Counted from the stretch's first letter, positions 10,460-18,626 are shown. The stretch: 55,403 bases of DNA from a virus (IMGVR_UViG_3300051212_001061:1-55403), one strand, 5' to 3'. Notes: a model not told the origin generated them from the sequence alone. Made by a program: numbers and translations.

Positions 10460-11221
10460 ATGACAGTTCAAATTTTTACGTCTGTGGTAAATAGACCACA
10501 ATTTTTAGAGTTGCAAGTTAAGTTATTTTCTAAATTTTTGGAAAATGACTATCAATTTCATGTAGTGTATGATGATGGAATAGATAAAAATATTCTCAAA
10601 GAGTTTGAGAATATCTGCCAAAATAATAATTTAATTCTACATAAAGCGGATAATTCTGTAATACACAGTAATCCTTCTACTTGTATTAGTAAAGTCGTAA
10701 AATGGATTTATGATGAACTATTAATTAAAACATATCATGATGATATTTGCATGATTGTTGATTCTGATATGTTTTTGATTGATAAATTCAATGTTCAAGA
10801 ATACATTTCCGAATATCCAATTGCTGGCATACCTCAATATAGAGGACATGTTAAGTACATTACAAATCAATTGATGATATTCAACATGAAAGAAATATTA
10901 AAGATAGATTCGAATATTGATTTTATGGATGGAACTGTTGAAAATCAGCATGTGGATAGTTGTGGAGAAATGCATTATTGGTTTAAAAAGAATAATATTA
11001 ATTTGAAAGAAGTATTGACAGTCTATCCAACACATTTTAATGACATAGAGTTGCAAGATCCAAATATTACCAACGGCATTAATTTTGAGTTGTATGACGA
11101 TATATTTTTACACTATAGGGCTGGATCAAATTGGTTTTCAAAATGGAAAGAAAATGAAGATCCTTTAATAGAAAAAGAAAAGATATTTAATAAAATAATC
11201 GAAAGTATCTTAATATCATAA
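10460..11221 (+). CDS. Putative glycosyltransferase (GT-A, DSD motif)
   Basis: IVDSDMF and FLHYRAGSNW; cluster context. Confidence 0.5.
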   Translation: MTVQIFTSVVNRPQFLELQVKLFSKFLENDYQFHVVYDDGIDKNILKEFENICQNNNLILHKADNSVIHSNPSTCISKVVKWIYDELLIKTYHDDICMIVDSDMFLIDKFNVQEYISEYPIAGIPQYRGHVKYITNQLMIFNMKEILKIDSNIDFMDGTVENQHVDSCGEMHYWFKKNNINLKEVLTVYPTHFNDIELQDPNITNGINFELYDDIFLHYRAGSNWFSKWKENEDPLIEKEKIFNKIIESILIS

Positions 11222-11226
11222 TTATA

Positions 11227-12018
11227 ATGGACAAAAATAAATCAATCTATAAACTTAAAGGTCTTCCTCCAATTTATTATTTAAATCTTGATGGACAACC
11301 TGAAAGATCAGAATATATGGAGAATCAATTTAAATATTGGGAAATTGAAAACTATACTCGTATTTCTGCTTATGATGGGCGCGAAGATGATTTAGGGCAC
11401 ATTCTTAAAGGAAAGTATCCTGATAATATGTCTTCTGGAGAAGTTGGATGTGTAACTTCTCACCTTAAAGCATTGGAGTATTTTTTGCAAAATTCAGATT
11501 CTCCCTGCGCTTTAATTATGGAAGATGATTGTGATTTAGATACTGTTAAGCATTGGTCTTTTAATTGGAAAGATTTCTTTTCAAAAGTTCCTTATGCTTA
11601 TGATGTAATTCAATTGGCAATTATTAATCCTGCTCAGGTTCATTTGAAAATTCACCGACGATTTGTGAATGACTTTTCAACCGCTTGTTATTTAATAACT
11701 AGACGTCACGCTCAAAAACTTATAGATCTACATGTAAGAGATGGAAAATATAAGTTGGATAATGGAGTTAAACCTAGAGCGGTTGCTGATGACTTAATTT
11801 ATAATTCTGGTAATACTTATGCTATACCATTATTTCTTTATAAGATTGAACTGGGGTCATCAATACATCGTGACCATGTTGATGTTTTTCATCGCAGTAG
11901 TTATGAAGGGTTGTGGCAATTTTGGAAAAATCAATCATCAGAAATAGATGATTGGAATGCAATCTTCGATTATGACCCTTATTTTGGAACACTTCCTCCT
12001 GGTTGGGAAGGGAAATAG
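11227..12018 (+). CDS. GT25-family glycosyltransferase
   Basis: YYLNLD...R, RISAYDG, GEVGCVTSH, IMEDD, STACYLI. Confidence 0.8.
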   Translation: MDKNKSIYKLKGLPPIYYLNLDGQPERSEYMENQFKYWEIENYTRISAYDGREDDLGHILKGKYPDNMSSGEVGCVTSHLKALEYFLQNSDSPCALIMEDDCDLDTVKHWSFNWKDFFSKVPYAYDVIQLAIINPAQVHLKIHRRFVNDFSTACYLITRRHAQKLIDLHVRDGKYKLDNGVKPRAVADDLIYNSGNTYAIPLFLYKIELGSSIHRDHVDVFHRSSYEGLWQFWKNQSSEIDDWNAIFDYDPYFGTLPPGWEGK

Positions 12019-12054
12019 TAAGCATTTATACTTATAATGTGCGAAAATCGTAAC

Positions 12055-12081
12055 AGGGGTGCTTGACACCCCTTTATTTTT
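12055..12081 (+). terminator. Hairpin (likely intrinsic terminator) overlapping the next -35 box
   Basis: AGGGGTG-cttga-CACCCCT followed by TTATTTTT. Confidence 0.6.
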
Positions 12082-12091
12082 CCTATATAAT
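12063..12091 (+). promoter_or_regulatory. Sigma70-type promoter of the hli cluster
   Basis: TTGACA(12063-68), 17 bp spacer, TATAAT(12086-91); perfect consensus. Confidence 0.85.
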
Positions 12092-12118
12092 TGTGTAACA
12101 ATTCTTAACGAATTTACA

Positions 12119-12313
12119 ATGACTGTAACAACTAATGATCGTGGTCAACAAAACATGTGGGCAAAAGAACCCACCATGTACTACGAAAACTACGGGATGG
12201 ATACTCCCAATCAAGTAAAGGAAAGATACAATGGACGCTGGGCAATGGTCGGCATTATTGCTGGTGCTATTTCTTATGCTCTCACTGGCAAACTCTTCTT
12301 CGGAATCTTCTGA
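12119..12313 (+). CDS. hli: High-light inducible protein
   Basis: ERYNGRWAMVG chlorophyll-binding helix motif, and N-terminal QQNMWAKEP typical of cyanophage Hli. Confidence 0.9.
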   Translation: MTVTTNDRGQQNMWAKEPTMYYENYGMDTPNQVKERYNGRWAMVGIIAGAISYALTGKLFFGIF

Positions 12314-12402
12314 TGACTGAACTTATTTGGACAGTAACCACTGTTGCTTTTTTTGTGACTTTAGGTTATGCTGTGGAGAAACTTGCTGAAACTTATTCAT
12401 GA
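12313..12402 (+). CDS. 29-aa single-transmembrane microprotein (MTELIWTVTTVAFFVTLGYAVEKLAETYS)
   Basis: ATG overlaps the hli stop (TGATG), and its stop overlaps the next ATG (ATGA); hydrophobic core. Confidence 0.55.
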   Translation: MTELIWTVTTVAFFVTLGYAVEKLAETYS

Positions 12403-12596
12403 GTGCTAATATGCTTGGGCAACTTGGAGTTGCTCTTCAAGAGGTTGGTTGGGATCGAGATGTAGAACTAGAAGTCAAAGTCGCAGGCACCCTCAAAAAT
12501 GATAAGTTTATTGTAATTAAACCTATCAAAGAAAAACTGGTTTCTAATCTAGATCCAAGTCTTAAACAACAACACCCTTATAAAGGAGAAAACTAA
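12399..12596 (+). CDS. Hypothetical protein
   Basis: 65-aa ORF translationally coupled on both sides. Confidence 0.6.
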   Translation: MSANMLGQLGVALQEVGWDRDVELEVKVAGTLKNDKFIVIKPIKEKLVSNLDPSLKQQHPYKGEN

Positions 12597-12715
12597 TGGA
12601 AAAAATTTTTACTGAAAAAGCAGAACGTCTGAATGGTCGTCTTGCAATGCTAGGATTTGTTGCCGCTGTTGGTGCATATATCACTACTGGGCAAGTGATT
12701 CCTGGTATTTGGTGA
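12596..12715 (+). CDS. hli: High-light inducible protein (39 aa, not in ORF track)
   Basis: MEKIFTEKAERLNGRLAMLGFVAAVGAYITTGQVIPGIW contains AExxNGRxAMxG and TGQxIPGI; AAGGAG RBS upstream. Confidence 0.93.
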   Translation: MEKIFTEKAERLNGRLAMLGFVAAVGAYITTGQVIPGIW

Positions 12716-12761
12716 GTATTATAAAATCAACACATCTTTGAAATAAGACTTAATCATTCTT

Positions 12762-12793
12762 AACTCTGCTCTAAATAAAGGGCAGAGTTTTTT
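12762..12793 (+). terminator. Intrinsic terminator with a late-promoter-like CTAAATA at its loop
   Basis: AACTCTGCTC-taaataaa-GGGCAGAGTT followed by a T-run. Confidence 0.7.
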
Positions 12794-12799
12794 AGTATT

Positions 12800-12961
12800 A
12801 TGCCACGCGGACAATTGACCAAGCAGGAAATAAAGAGAATATTATTGATGTATAAGAACGAATTATACGAAGAAAATATTGGATACACTTCAGATCCAAA
12901 GGGACTTGCTCACAAGTATTTGAACAAGGTTTTAGACAAGATAGAGGAATACGCCAGATAA
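12800..12961 (+). CDS. Small hypothetical protein (53 aa, MPRGQLTKQEIK...LDKIEEYAR)
   Basis: Intact ORF directly downstream of CTAAATA, filling the intergenic gap. Confidence 0.6.
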   Translation: MPRGQLTKQEIKRILLMYKNELYEENIGYTSDPKGLAHKYLNKVLDKIEEYAR

Positions 12962-12974
12962 GCACTCATACTTA

Positions 12975-13008
12975 TTGACAGGATTTCCTGACAATGTTAT
13001 GATAAATA
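12975..13008 (+). promoter_or_regulatory. psbA promoter (sigma70-type with overlapping late-type ATAAATA)
   Basis: TTGACA(12975-80), 17 bp spacer, TATGAT(12998-13003) with extended TG; ATAAATA at 13002-08. Confidence 0.75.
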
Positions 13009-13044
13009 CATCAAACATTAAGGAATGTAACAATTCTCTAATGT

Positions 13045-13152
13045 TGTCCTCTACCTAACCGAGACCTATGGGGAGGTTAAACACAGTCTCTCATACCCAC
13101 AATGGAGGGTGTTGTGGGAAATACTGTAACCATCCAGTTCCCCCTGGACTTT
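13045..13152 (+). ncRNA. Structured psbA 5' leader, PhotoRC-II-like RNA motif
   Basis: GAGAC/GTCTC pairing crossing a CCTC/GAGG stem (pseudoknot-like), a CCCACAAT..GTTGTGGG hairpin and a CCAG..CTGG hairpin; sits directly upstream of phage psbA. Confidence 0.65.
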
Positions 13153-13173
13153 TACTTACCCCTTTAACGAAAA

Positions 13174-14256
13174 ATGACTGCTACAATCGCTACACGTCGC
13201 TCAACTACTTCGGCGTGGGATTCATTCTGTGAATGGATTACTTCAACGAACAACCGCCTTTATGTTGGTTGGTTCGGAACTTTGATGATTCCTACATTGC
13301 TTGCGGCAACTGTATGTTTCATCGTCGCCTTCATTGCTGCCCCGCCTGTGGACATTGATGGCATTCGTGAACCTGTTGCTGGTTCACTCATGTATGGTAA
13401 TAACATCATCTCTGGTGCTGTTGTTCCTTCAAGCAACGCTATTGGTCTGCACTTCTATCCCATTTGGGAAGCAGCAAGTTTGGACGAATGGCTCTATAAC
13501 GGTGGTCCTTACCAACTTGTTGTTTTCCACTTCCTTATTGGCATCTTTAGCTATATGGGTCGTGAATGGGAACTTTCCTATCGTCTTGGTATGCGTCCTT
13601 GGATTTGCGTAGCATATTCGGCACCCGTTGCTGCTGCTACTGCTGTATTCTTGGTATATCCTTTTGGTCAAGGAAGTTTTAGTGATGGTATGCCACTTGG
13701 TATTTCTGGAACCTTCAACTACATGCTTGTGTTCCAGGCAGAGCACAACATCCTGATGCACCCCTTCCACATGCTTGGAGTTGCTGGTGTGTTCGGTGGT
13801 TCTCTGTTCAGTGCGATGCACGGTTCTCTGGTTACTTCTTCCCTGGTTCGTGAAACCACTGAGAATGAGTCACAGAACTATGGTTACAAGTTCGGTCAAG
13901 AAGAAGAGACTTATAACATCGTTGCTGCTCACGGGTATTTTGGACGCCTTATTTTTCAGTATGCTTCGTTCAATAACTCCCGTTCGCTGCACTTCTTTTT
14001 AGCGGCGTGGCCAGTAGTTGGTATTTGGTTTGCTGCTCTAGGTGTAAGCACCATGGCATTTAACCTTAACGGATTTAATTACAACCAGAGTATTCTTGAC
14101 TCACAAAATCGTGTAATTAACTCTTGGGCTGATGTTCTTAACCGTGCTAATCTTGGTTTCGAGGTGATGCATGAGAGAAACGCCCACAACTTTCCTCTGG
14201 ACCTTGCTGCTGCAAGCAACACCCCTGTTGCTCTTACTGCACCTGCAATCGGTTGA
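13174..14256 (+). CDS. psbA: Photosystem II D1 protein
   Basis: [42 protein letters not shown]; Glu130 (YMGREW); uninterrupted. Confidence 0.99.
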   Translation: MTATIATRRSTTSAWDSFCEWITSTNNRLYVGWFGTLMIPTLLAATVCFIVAFIAAPPVDIDGIREPVAGSLMYGNNIISGAVVPSSNAIGLHFYPIWEAASLDEWLYNGGPYQLVVFHFLIGIFSYMGREWELSYRLGMRPWICVAYSAPVAAATAVFLVYPFGQGSFSDGMPLGISGTFNYMLVFQAEHNILMHPFHMLGVAGVFGGSLFSAMHGSLVTSSLVRETTENESQNYGYKFGQEEETYNIVAAHGYFGRLIFQYASFNNSRSLHFFLAAWPVVGIWFAALGVSTMAFNLNGFNYNQSILDSQNRVINSWADVLNRANLGFEVMHERNAHNFPLDLAAASNTPVALTAPAIG

Positions 14257-14275
14257 TAAAAACTCAATAGTTTTT

Positions 14276-14302
14276 AAGACCTCCTTTCGGGGGTCTTTTT
14301 TT
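14276..14302 (+). terminator. Intrinsic terminator after psbA
   Basis: AAGACCTCC-tttc-GGGGGTCTT followed by a T-run. Confidence 0.85.
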
Positions 14303-14306
14303 ATGC

Positions 14307-14314
14307 TATAAATA
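14307..14314 (+). promoter_or_regulatory. T4-type late promoter
   Basis: Exact TATAAATA about 30 nt upstream of the endonuclease ATG. Confidence 0.7.
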
Positions 14315-14343
14315 ATAATGTAGTAGAGACAGTAGCAGTAAGA

Positions 14344-14928
14344 ATGAAGCATAAGCATCATATTGTTCCAAGACATATGGGTGGAACTGATGACCCATCA
14401 AATCTTGTTGAACTGACTGTTCAGGAACACGCAGAGGCGCATAGGAAACTTTGGGAGGAGTATGGAAATATTAAGGACTATGCTGCTTGGAAAGGTTTGT
14501 CTGGAACCATAGGTAAGGAAGAAATAGTTAAGATGTTAATGGACCCCACAGGAAGAAAACATAGTGAGGAAACTAAAAAGAAGATAAGTGAAGCATGTAA
14601 AGGAAAAAAATTAAGCGATAAAACCAAAGAAAAATTAAGTGCTATTAATAAAGGTAAAAAGTTGAGTGAAGAGCATAAGAAAAATATTTCCAAAAGTTTA
14701 AAAGGAGATCCCCGACTTGCTTCCAACTTGGGTAAGAATTTAAGTGAAGAACAAAAACAGAAGTTGCGTATTGCGAATATGGGAAATAAAAATGCTTCTG
14801 GTCCTCACAAAGTAAGTGAAAAATCTCGACAAAATAGAATAAATGCAACAAAGGAAAGATGGAGACAGTATAGAATATCAAAGGGATTGGACCCAGATAA
14901 ACCTGTTGATAAGAGATATAATAAGTAG
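14344..14928 (+). mobile_element. Free-standing HNH homing endonuclease with NUMOD3 DNA-binding repeats
   Basis: HKHHIVPRHMGG.DDPSNLV.LT..EH..AH HNH-type domain followed by repeated GRKHSEETKKKIS / GKKLSEEHK motifs; inserted between psbA and psbD. Confidence 0.85.
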
Positions 14929-14937
14929 AATTTCTTA

Positions 14938-14971
14938 TTGACTTTTATTGTAAAGTATTGTAAACTAAATA
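14938..14971 (+). promoter_or_regulatory. psbD promoter with an overlapping HLR1 (RpaB-type) direct repeat
   Basis: TTGACT(14938-43), 17 bp spacer, TAAACT(14961-66); ATTGTAAA-GT-ATTGTAAA at 14947-64; CTAAATA at 14965-71. Confidence 0.65.
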
Positions 14972-14994
14972 TGAGAAATAATAAAGGAGGTTTG

Positions 14995-16056
14995 ATGGTT
15001 TCATCTACACTTTCAAAACCAATTCAACAAAGGGGGTGGTTTGATGTCTTGGATGATTGGCTTAAAAGAGACCGTTTCGTTTTTGTTGGCTGGTCTGGAC
15101 TTCTTCTTTTTCCCACTGCTTATCTTGCTCTTGGTGGTTGGCTTACTGGAACAACTTTCGTTACGAGTTGGTACACTCACGGGCTTGCAAGTTCCTATTT
15201 GGAGGGCGCGAATTTTCTTACAGCGGCAGTTAGTAGCCCAGCAGATTCTATGGGTCATTCTCTTCTTCTTCTCTGGGGTCCTGAGGCTCAAGGGGATTTC
15301 GTCAGATGGTGTCAACTTGGGGGACTCTGGACTTTTGTGGCGCTCCACGGAGCCTTCGCTCTTATAGGTTTCATGTTGCGTCAGTTTGAGATTGCTCGAC
15401 TGGTTGGCATCAGACCTTATAACGCAATCGCATTCTCTGGTCCTATTGCAGTATTCGTTTCAGTCTTCCTGATGTATCCACTGGGCCAATCCAGTTGGTT
15501 CTTTGCCCCATCATTTGGTGTGGCAGCAATCTTCAGGTTCCTGCTGTTCCTTCAGGGTTTCCACAACTGGACCCTCAACCCCTTCCATATGATGGGAGTT
15601 GCTGGTATACTGGGTGGAGCACTGCTCTGTGCCATTCATGGAGCAACTGTAGAAAACACACTTTATGAAGACGGTGAAAAAGCAAACACTTTCAAGGCAT
15701 TTGAACCAACTCAAGAGGAAGAGACCTATTCGATGGTTACTGCCAACAGATATTGGTCTCAAATCTTTGGTATTGCGTTTAGTAATAAGCGTTGGTTGCA
15801 TTTCTTTATGTTATTTGTTCCTGTCATGGGTCTTTGGACCTCTTCTATTGGCATTATTGGTCTTGCTCTTAATCTGAGAGCATATGATTTTGTGAGTCAA
15901 GAGATCAGAGCAGCAGAAGATCCAGAATTTGAAACGTTCTACACGAAAAATATCCTTCTAAACGAAGGTCTTCGTGCTTGGATGGCACCTGTAGACCAAC
16001 CTCATGAGAACTTTGTGTTCCCTGAGGAAGTTCTTCCGCGAGGTAATGCTCTCTAA
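14995..16056 (+). CDS. psbD: Photosystem II D2 protein
   Basis: [21 protein letters not shown] ... [10 protein letters not shown]; AGGAGG RBS at 14985-90 supports the ATG at 14995. Confidence 0.99.
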   Translation: MVSSTLSKPIQQRGWFDVLDDWLKRDRFVFVGWSGLLLFPTAYLALGGWLTGTTFVTSWYTHGLASSYLEGANFLTAAVSSPADSMGHSLLLLWGPEAQGDFVRWCQLGGLWTFVALHGAFALIGFMLRQFEIARLVGIRPYNAIAFSGPIAVFVSVFLMYPLGQSSWFFAPSFGVAAIFRFLLFLQGFHNWTLNPFHMMGVAGILGGALLCAIHGATVENTLYEDGEKANTFKAFEPTQEEETYSMVTANRYWSQIFGIAFSNKRWLHFFMLFVPVMGLWTSSIGIIGLALNLRAYDFVSQEIRAAEDPEFETFYTKNILLNEGLRAWMAPVDQPHENFVFPEEVLPRGNAL

Positions 16057-16063
16057 AATAAAT

Positions 16064-16091
16064 AAAGGAGTTCCACAAGAACTCCTTTTTT
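16064..16091 (+). terminator. Intrinsic terminator after psbD
   Basis: AAAGGAGTTC-cacaa-GAACTCCTTT followed by Ts; ATAAATA at 16058-64 abuts it. Confidence 0.8.
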
Positions 16092-16172
16092 ATGGAATTT
16101 CTTTTAATTCTTTTACTGTTTCAACTCTTTGGTGTACTTATGTTTATACTGTCTGTAACACAAGATTTTTAA
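16092..16172 (+). CDS. Putative 26-aa hydrophobic microprotein (MEFLLILLLFQLFGVLMFILSVTQDF)
   Basis: Short ORF that is almost entirely one transmembrane helix. Confidence 0.35.
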   Translation: MEFLLILLLFQLFGVLMFILSVTQDF

Positions 16173-16203
16173 TAGTGCTACATAAAGAGGTTGCTTTTTA
16201 CCA

Positions 16204-16365
16204 ATGAAAACTTTAACACTTACTGAAAATCAAATTAAACTCTTAGCAGATGCTGTATGGATGCGCCAGCGTCGTTTTATTGCAGGAGATAAAAGGTTTA
16301 GAGAATACGGAGAAATATTAGATAATATTCTCAAAGATATTGAATATACTCCATCAAGATTCTGA
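16204..16365 (+). CDS. Small hypothetical protein (53 aa, MKTLTLTENQIKLLADAVWMRQRRFIAG...)
   Basis: GAGG upstream; ends 2 nt before the next ATG. Confidence 0.55.
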   Translation: MKTLTLTENQIKLLADAVWMRQRRFIAGDKRFREYGEILDNILKDIEYTPSRF

Positions 16366-16367
16366 TT

Positions 16368-17072
16368 ATGACTTACGATACGGTTTTTATTTCCGATGTT
16401 CATTTGGGAACTAATAGATGTAATACAAAAAAGTTTCTCAAATTTCTTAAAGAATTAAAAACAAAAAAACTTGTGATGGTGGGCGACATTATAGACATCT
16501 ATTGTATGGAAAAATATAATACTCGTTGGACAAAACAGCATACTGAATGTGTTCATCAAATTTTAAACCTTGCAAAGAAAGGAACAGAAATCGTTTATAT
16601 TCTTGGAAATCATGAGGGAGAAATTCGTCGTTATTGTACCTTTGAACATAAAAATTTTAAAATGGTAGACGAATATATTCATAAAGATGTAAAAGGTAAT
16701 AAGTTTCTTTGTGTTCATGGAGATAAGTATTCGGAGTTTTCTTCTGGATCTTGGAAACAACTTATCTTTAATTGGGGTTATGAATTTATTACTCCTTTGA
16801 GTTTATGGATGGAAAGATTTTTTAGATTTTCTTTAGTGTACGCATTAAAAAAATCAGTTAAAGGAAAAAATTATATTAACCAATATGAGACAGATCTTGC
16901 TTCATACTGTATTCAAAGAGATAAAAAGTATAATGGAATTATTGTAGGTCACATTCACCATGCAAATATTCGGCAGTTTGATAAGATGACTTATATGTGT
17001 TGTGGAGATTTTGTGGACACTTGTTCTGCTATTGTGGAAAAAAATGGTATGTATTGTTTGGAGAAATATTGA
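16368..17072 (+). CDS. LpxH/PlcP-like calcineurin-type metallophosphoesterase
   Basis: ISDVHLG, VGDIID, GNH, HGD and GHIH metal-binding motifs. Confidence 0.85.
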   Translation: MTYDTVFISDVHLGTNRCNTKKFLKFLKELKTKKLVMVGDIIDIYCMEKYNTRWTKQHTECVHQILNLAKKGTEIVYILGNHEGEIRRYCTFEHKNFKMVDEYIHKDVKGNKFLCVHGDKYSEFSSGSWKQLIFNWGYEFITPLSLWMERFFRFSLVYALKKSVKGKNYINQYETDLASYCIQRDKKYNGIIVGHIHHANIRQFDKMTYMCCGDFVDTCSAIVEKNGMYCLEKY

Positions 17073-17118
17073 TAATCTAGAATATGTTTTCAATTCATAA
17101 CAAAAATTAACACCCTAA

Positions 17119-17151
17119 TAAGAACTCATTATAATTAGAAATGAGTTCTTA
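17119..17151 (+). promoter_or_regulatory. Perfect 12-bp inverted repeat upstream of talC with TATAATTA at the loop
   Basis: TAAGAACTCATT-ataattaga-AATGAGTTCTTA. Confidence 0.55.
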
Positions 17152-17158
17152 CTTTTAT

Positions 17159-17818
17159 ATGAAGATCTTTTTAGATACTGCCGATGTTTCGATGATTAGT
17201 TCAGCATATGACACTGGACTATTGGATGGAATTACTACAAATCCCACTTTAATTTTCAAAAGTGGTAGACAACTTCAAGAAGTTATTGCTGAAATTTCAA
17301 ATATATTTCCAGATTTAGAAAGCATTTCTGCTGAGGTGGTTGCAGATACTGCCGAAGAAATGCTTTCACAAGCACAACAATATTACACAATCGCTCCTGC
17401 GGTTACAATCAAAGTTCCTTGTACAGTTGAAGGACTTAAGGCTTGTAAAACACTTTCCGACAAAGGAATTAAAACCAATGTAACTCTTGTGTTCTCGGTG
17501 GCACAGGCAATTCTTGCATCCAAAGCAGGGGCAACATTCATCTCACCTTTCGTTGGTCGTTGGATGGACAATTCTGTGGATGGAATTGAACTTATTAAAA
17601 ATATTCGTAAGGCATTTGATCATTCATTTTCACAAACAGAAATTCTTGCAGCATCTCTTCGTGATGTAAGACAGGTAGAGCAATCTGCTCTTAATGGCGC
17701 GGATGTAGTTACGATTCCCCCCATTGTGTTCTGGGGAATGTATAAGAACATTATGACTGATAAGGGTCTGGAACTCTTTCAGAAAGATTGGGAAGAAGTT
17801 TTAAAAAATAAAAAATAA
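17159..17818 (+). CDS. talC: Transaldolase (TalC/FSA-type)
   Basis: MKIFLDTAD, GITTNPTL, IKVP (Schiff-base Lys), NVTLVFS, ISPFVGR. Confidence 0.95.
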   Translation: MKIFLDTADVSMISSAYDTGLLDGITTNPTLIFKSGRQLQEVIAEISNIFPDLESISAEVVADTAEEMLSQAQQYYTIAPAVTIKVPCTVEGLKACKTLSDKGIKTNVTLVFSVAQAILASKAGATFISPFVGRWMDNSVDGIELIKNIRKAFDHSFSQTEILAASLRDVRQVEQSALNGADVVTIPPIVFWGMYKNIMTDKGLELFQKDWEEVLKNKK

Positions 17819-17822
17819 AAAA

Positions 17823-18029
17823 ATGAAACCAGAGCATAAATGTTGGCATTTTATAATGTCTTCATTTGCAAGGTTATATGGAGTTGAAAGAATTAACGCA
17901 GATCGAAAGTTTCATGAAATTGCTTTGCAGTGGTGTGATGATCACAATTACATTTGCGATATTCACTTAGATGATTTAAATAAAGTTGATCTGTATTTTA
18001 GAAATATTTACGAAACTTGGGGGGGTTAG
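17823..18029 (+). CDS. Hypothetical protein
   Basis: 68-aa ORF in a tightly packed gene array. Confidence 0.6.
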   Translation: MKPEHKCWHFIMSSFARLYGVERINADRKFHEIALQWCDDHNYICDIHLDDLNKVDLYFRNIYETWGG

Positions 18030-18170
18030 ATGATTAGTTCTGATACTCCATATAAGATGGCAGAAATTATAAGAGATACTTGGCCTGGTCTTTACAGAAA
18101 ACCAGAACCATCATATAATAATAAAAAAGATACTCATAATGAACGAATACTGGATTGTAACAGAGAATAA
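18030..18170 (+). CDS. Small hypothetical protein (MISSDTPYKMAEIIRDTWPGLYR...)
   Basis: ATG immediately after the previous stop; fills the gap. Confidence 0.5.
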   Translation: MISSDTPYKMAEIIRDTWPGLYRKPEPSYNNKKDTHNERILDCNRE

Positions 18171-18420
18171 GACTGGAAGAGTCATTGCCCATTGTGGTAA
18201 TATTAATGATGCAATTATGATGGTTAAATTTGATCCTAATCAAAGATCTTATAGTCGCCAGAGATTTATACTGGATCAAATTATCACGGTTACTTCCACA
18301 ACCGATAAACAACTTCCAGGACAAATTGGTCTTCCTGCTGGTAATGAGCAATTACCTTCAATAGAACTTCAGCAACAAGTTTGGTTGCCAGAAGGACAAG
18401 GGGAACCAGTGATTATATGA
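18139..18420 (+). CDS. Hypothetical protein
   Basis: 93-aa ORF coupled to the next gene (ATGA). Confidence 0.55.
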   Translation: MNEYWIVTENKTGRVIAHCGNINDAIMMVKFDPNQRSYSRQRFILDQIITVTSTTDKQLPGQIGLPAGNEQLPSIELQQQVWLPEGQGEPVII

Positions 18421-18626
18421 ATTATCGTAAAAGAAAACAAGCAGAGAATCAAAAAAAGAAAAGGATGTACACACCTGAAGGATACGTTGGAGATCCACCA
18501 GATGCAAAATGCCCTTATTGTGGAGAAAAAGGAAAATCCTGTTCTAATGTAAATAGTTTAAGTCGAGCATGGGCAAGGGATGCCTGCTCAAAAAAATATA
18601 ATAAACAATCTTTTAGCAATGATTAA
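18417..18626 (+). CDS. Small putative zinc-binding protein
   Basis: CPYCG...C...C in a basic ORF; ATG at 18417. Confidence 0.5.
   Translation: MNYRKRKQAENQKKKRMYTPEGYVGDPPDAKCPYCGEKGKSCSNVNSLSRAWARDACSKKYNKQSFSND

Noticed and set aside
13174-14256. Group I intron in psbA
   Set aside because: The reading frame is continuous and full length (360 aa)
14938-14994. N-terminal extensions from the ORF track (psbD from 14938; likewise hli 12059, fcl 4864, GT11 5744, gp33 52670)
   Set aside because: These upstream starts overlap promoter elements or the preceding gene; downstream ATGs match family N-termini and, for psbD, a strong SD
13301-15877. Overlapping and antisense ORFs in psbA, the endonuclease gene and psbD
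   Set aside because: Expected by-products of codon bias in conserved genes; no RBS or recognisable motifs
16204-16365. Possible NblA-like phycobilisome degradation peptide (size and LTLTENQ start)
   Set aside because: It lacks the recognisable LSLEQQF/QMM-type NblA pattern, so similarity is too weak to call by eye
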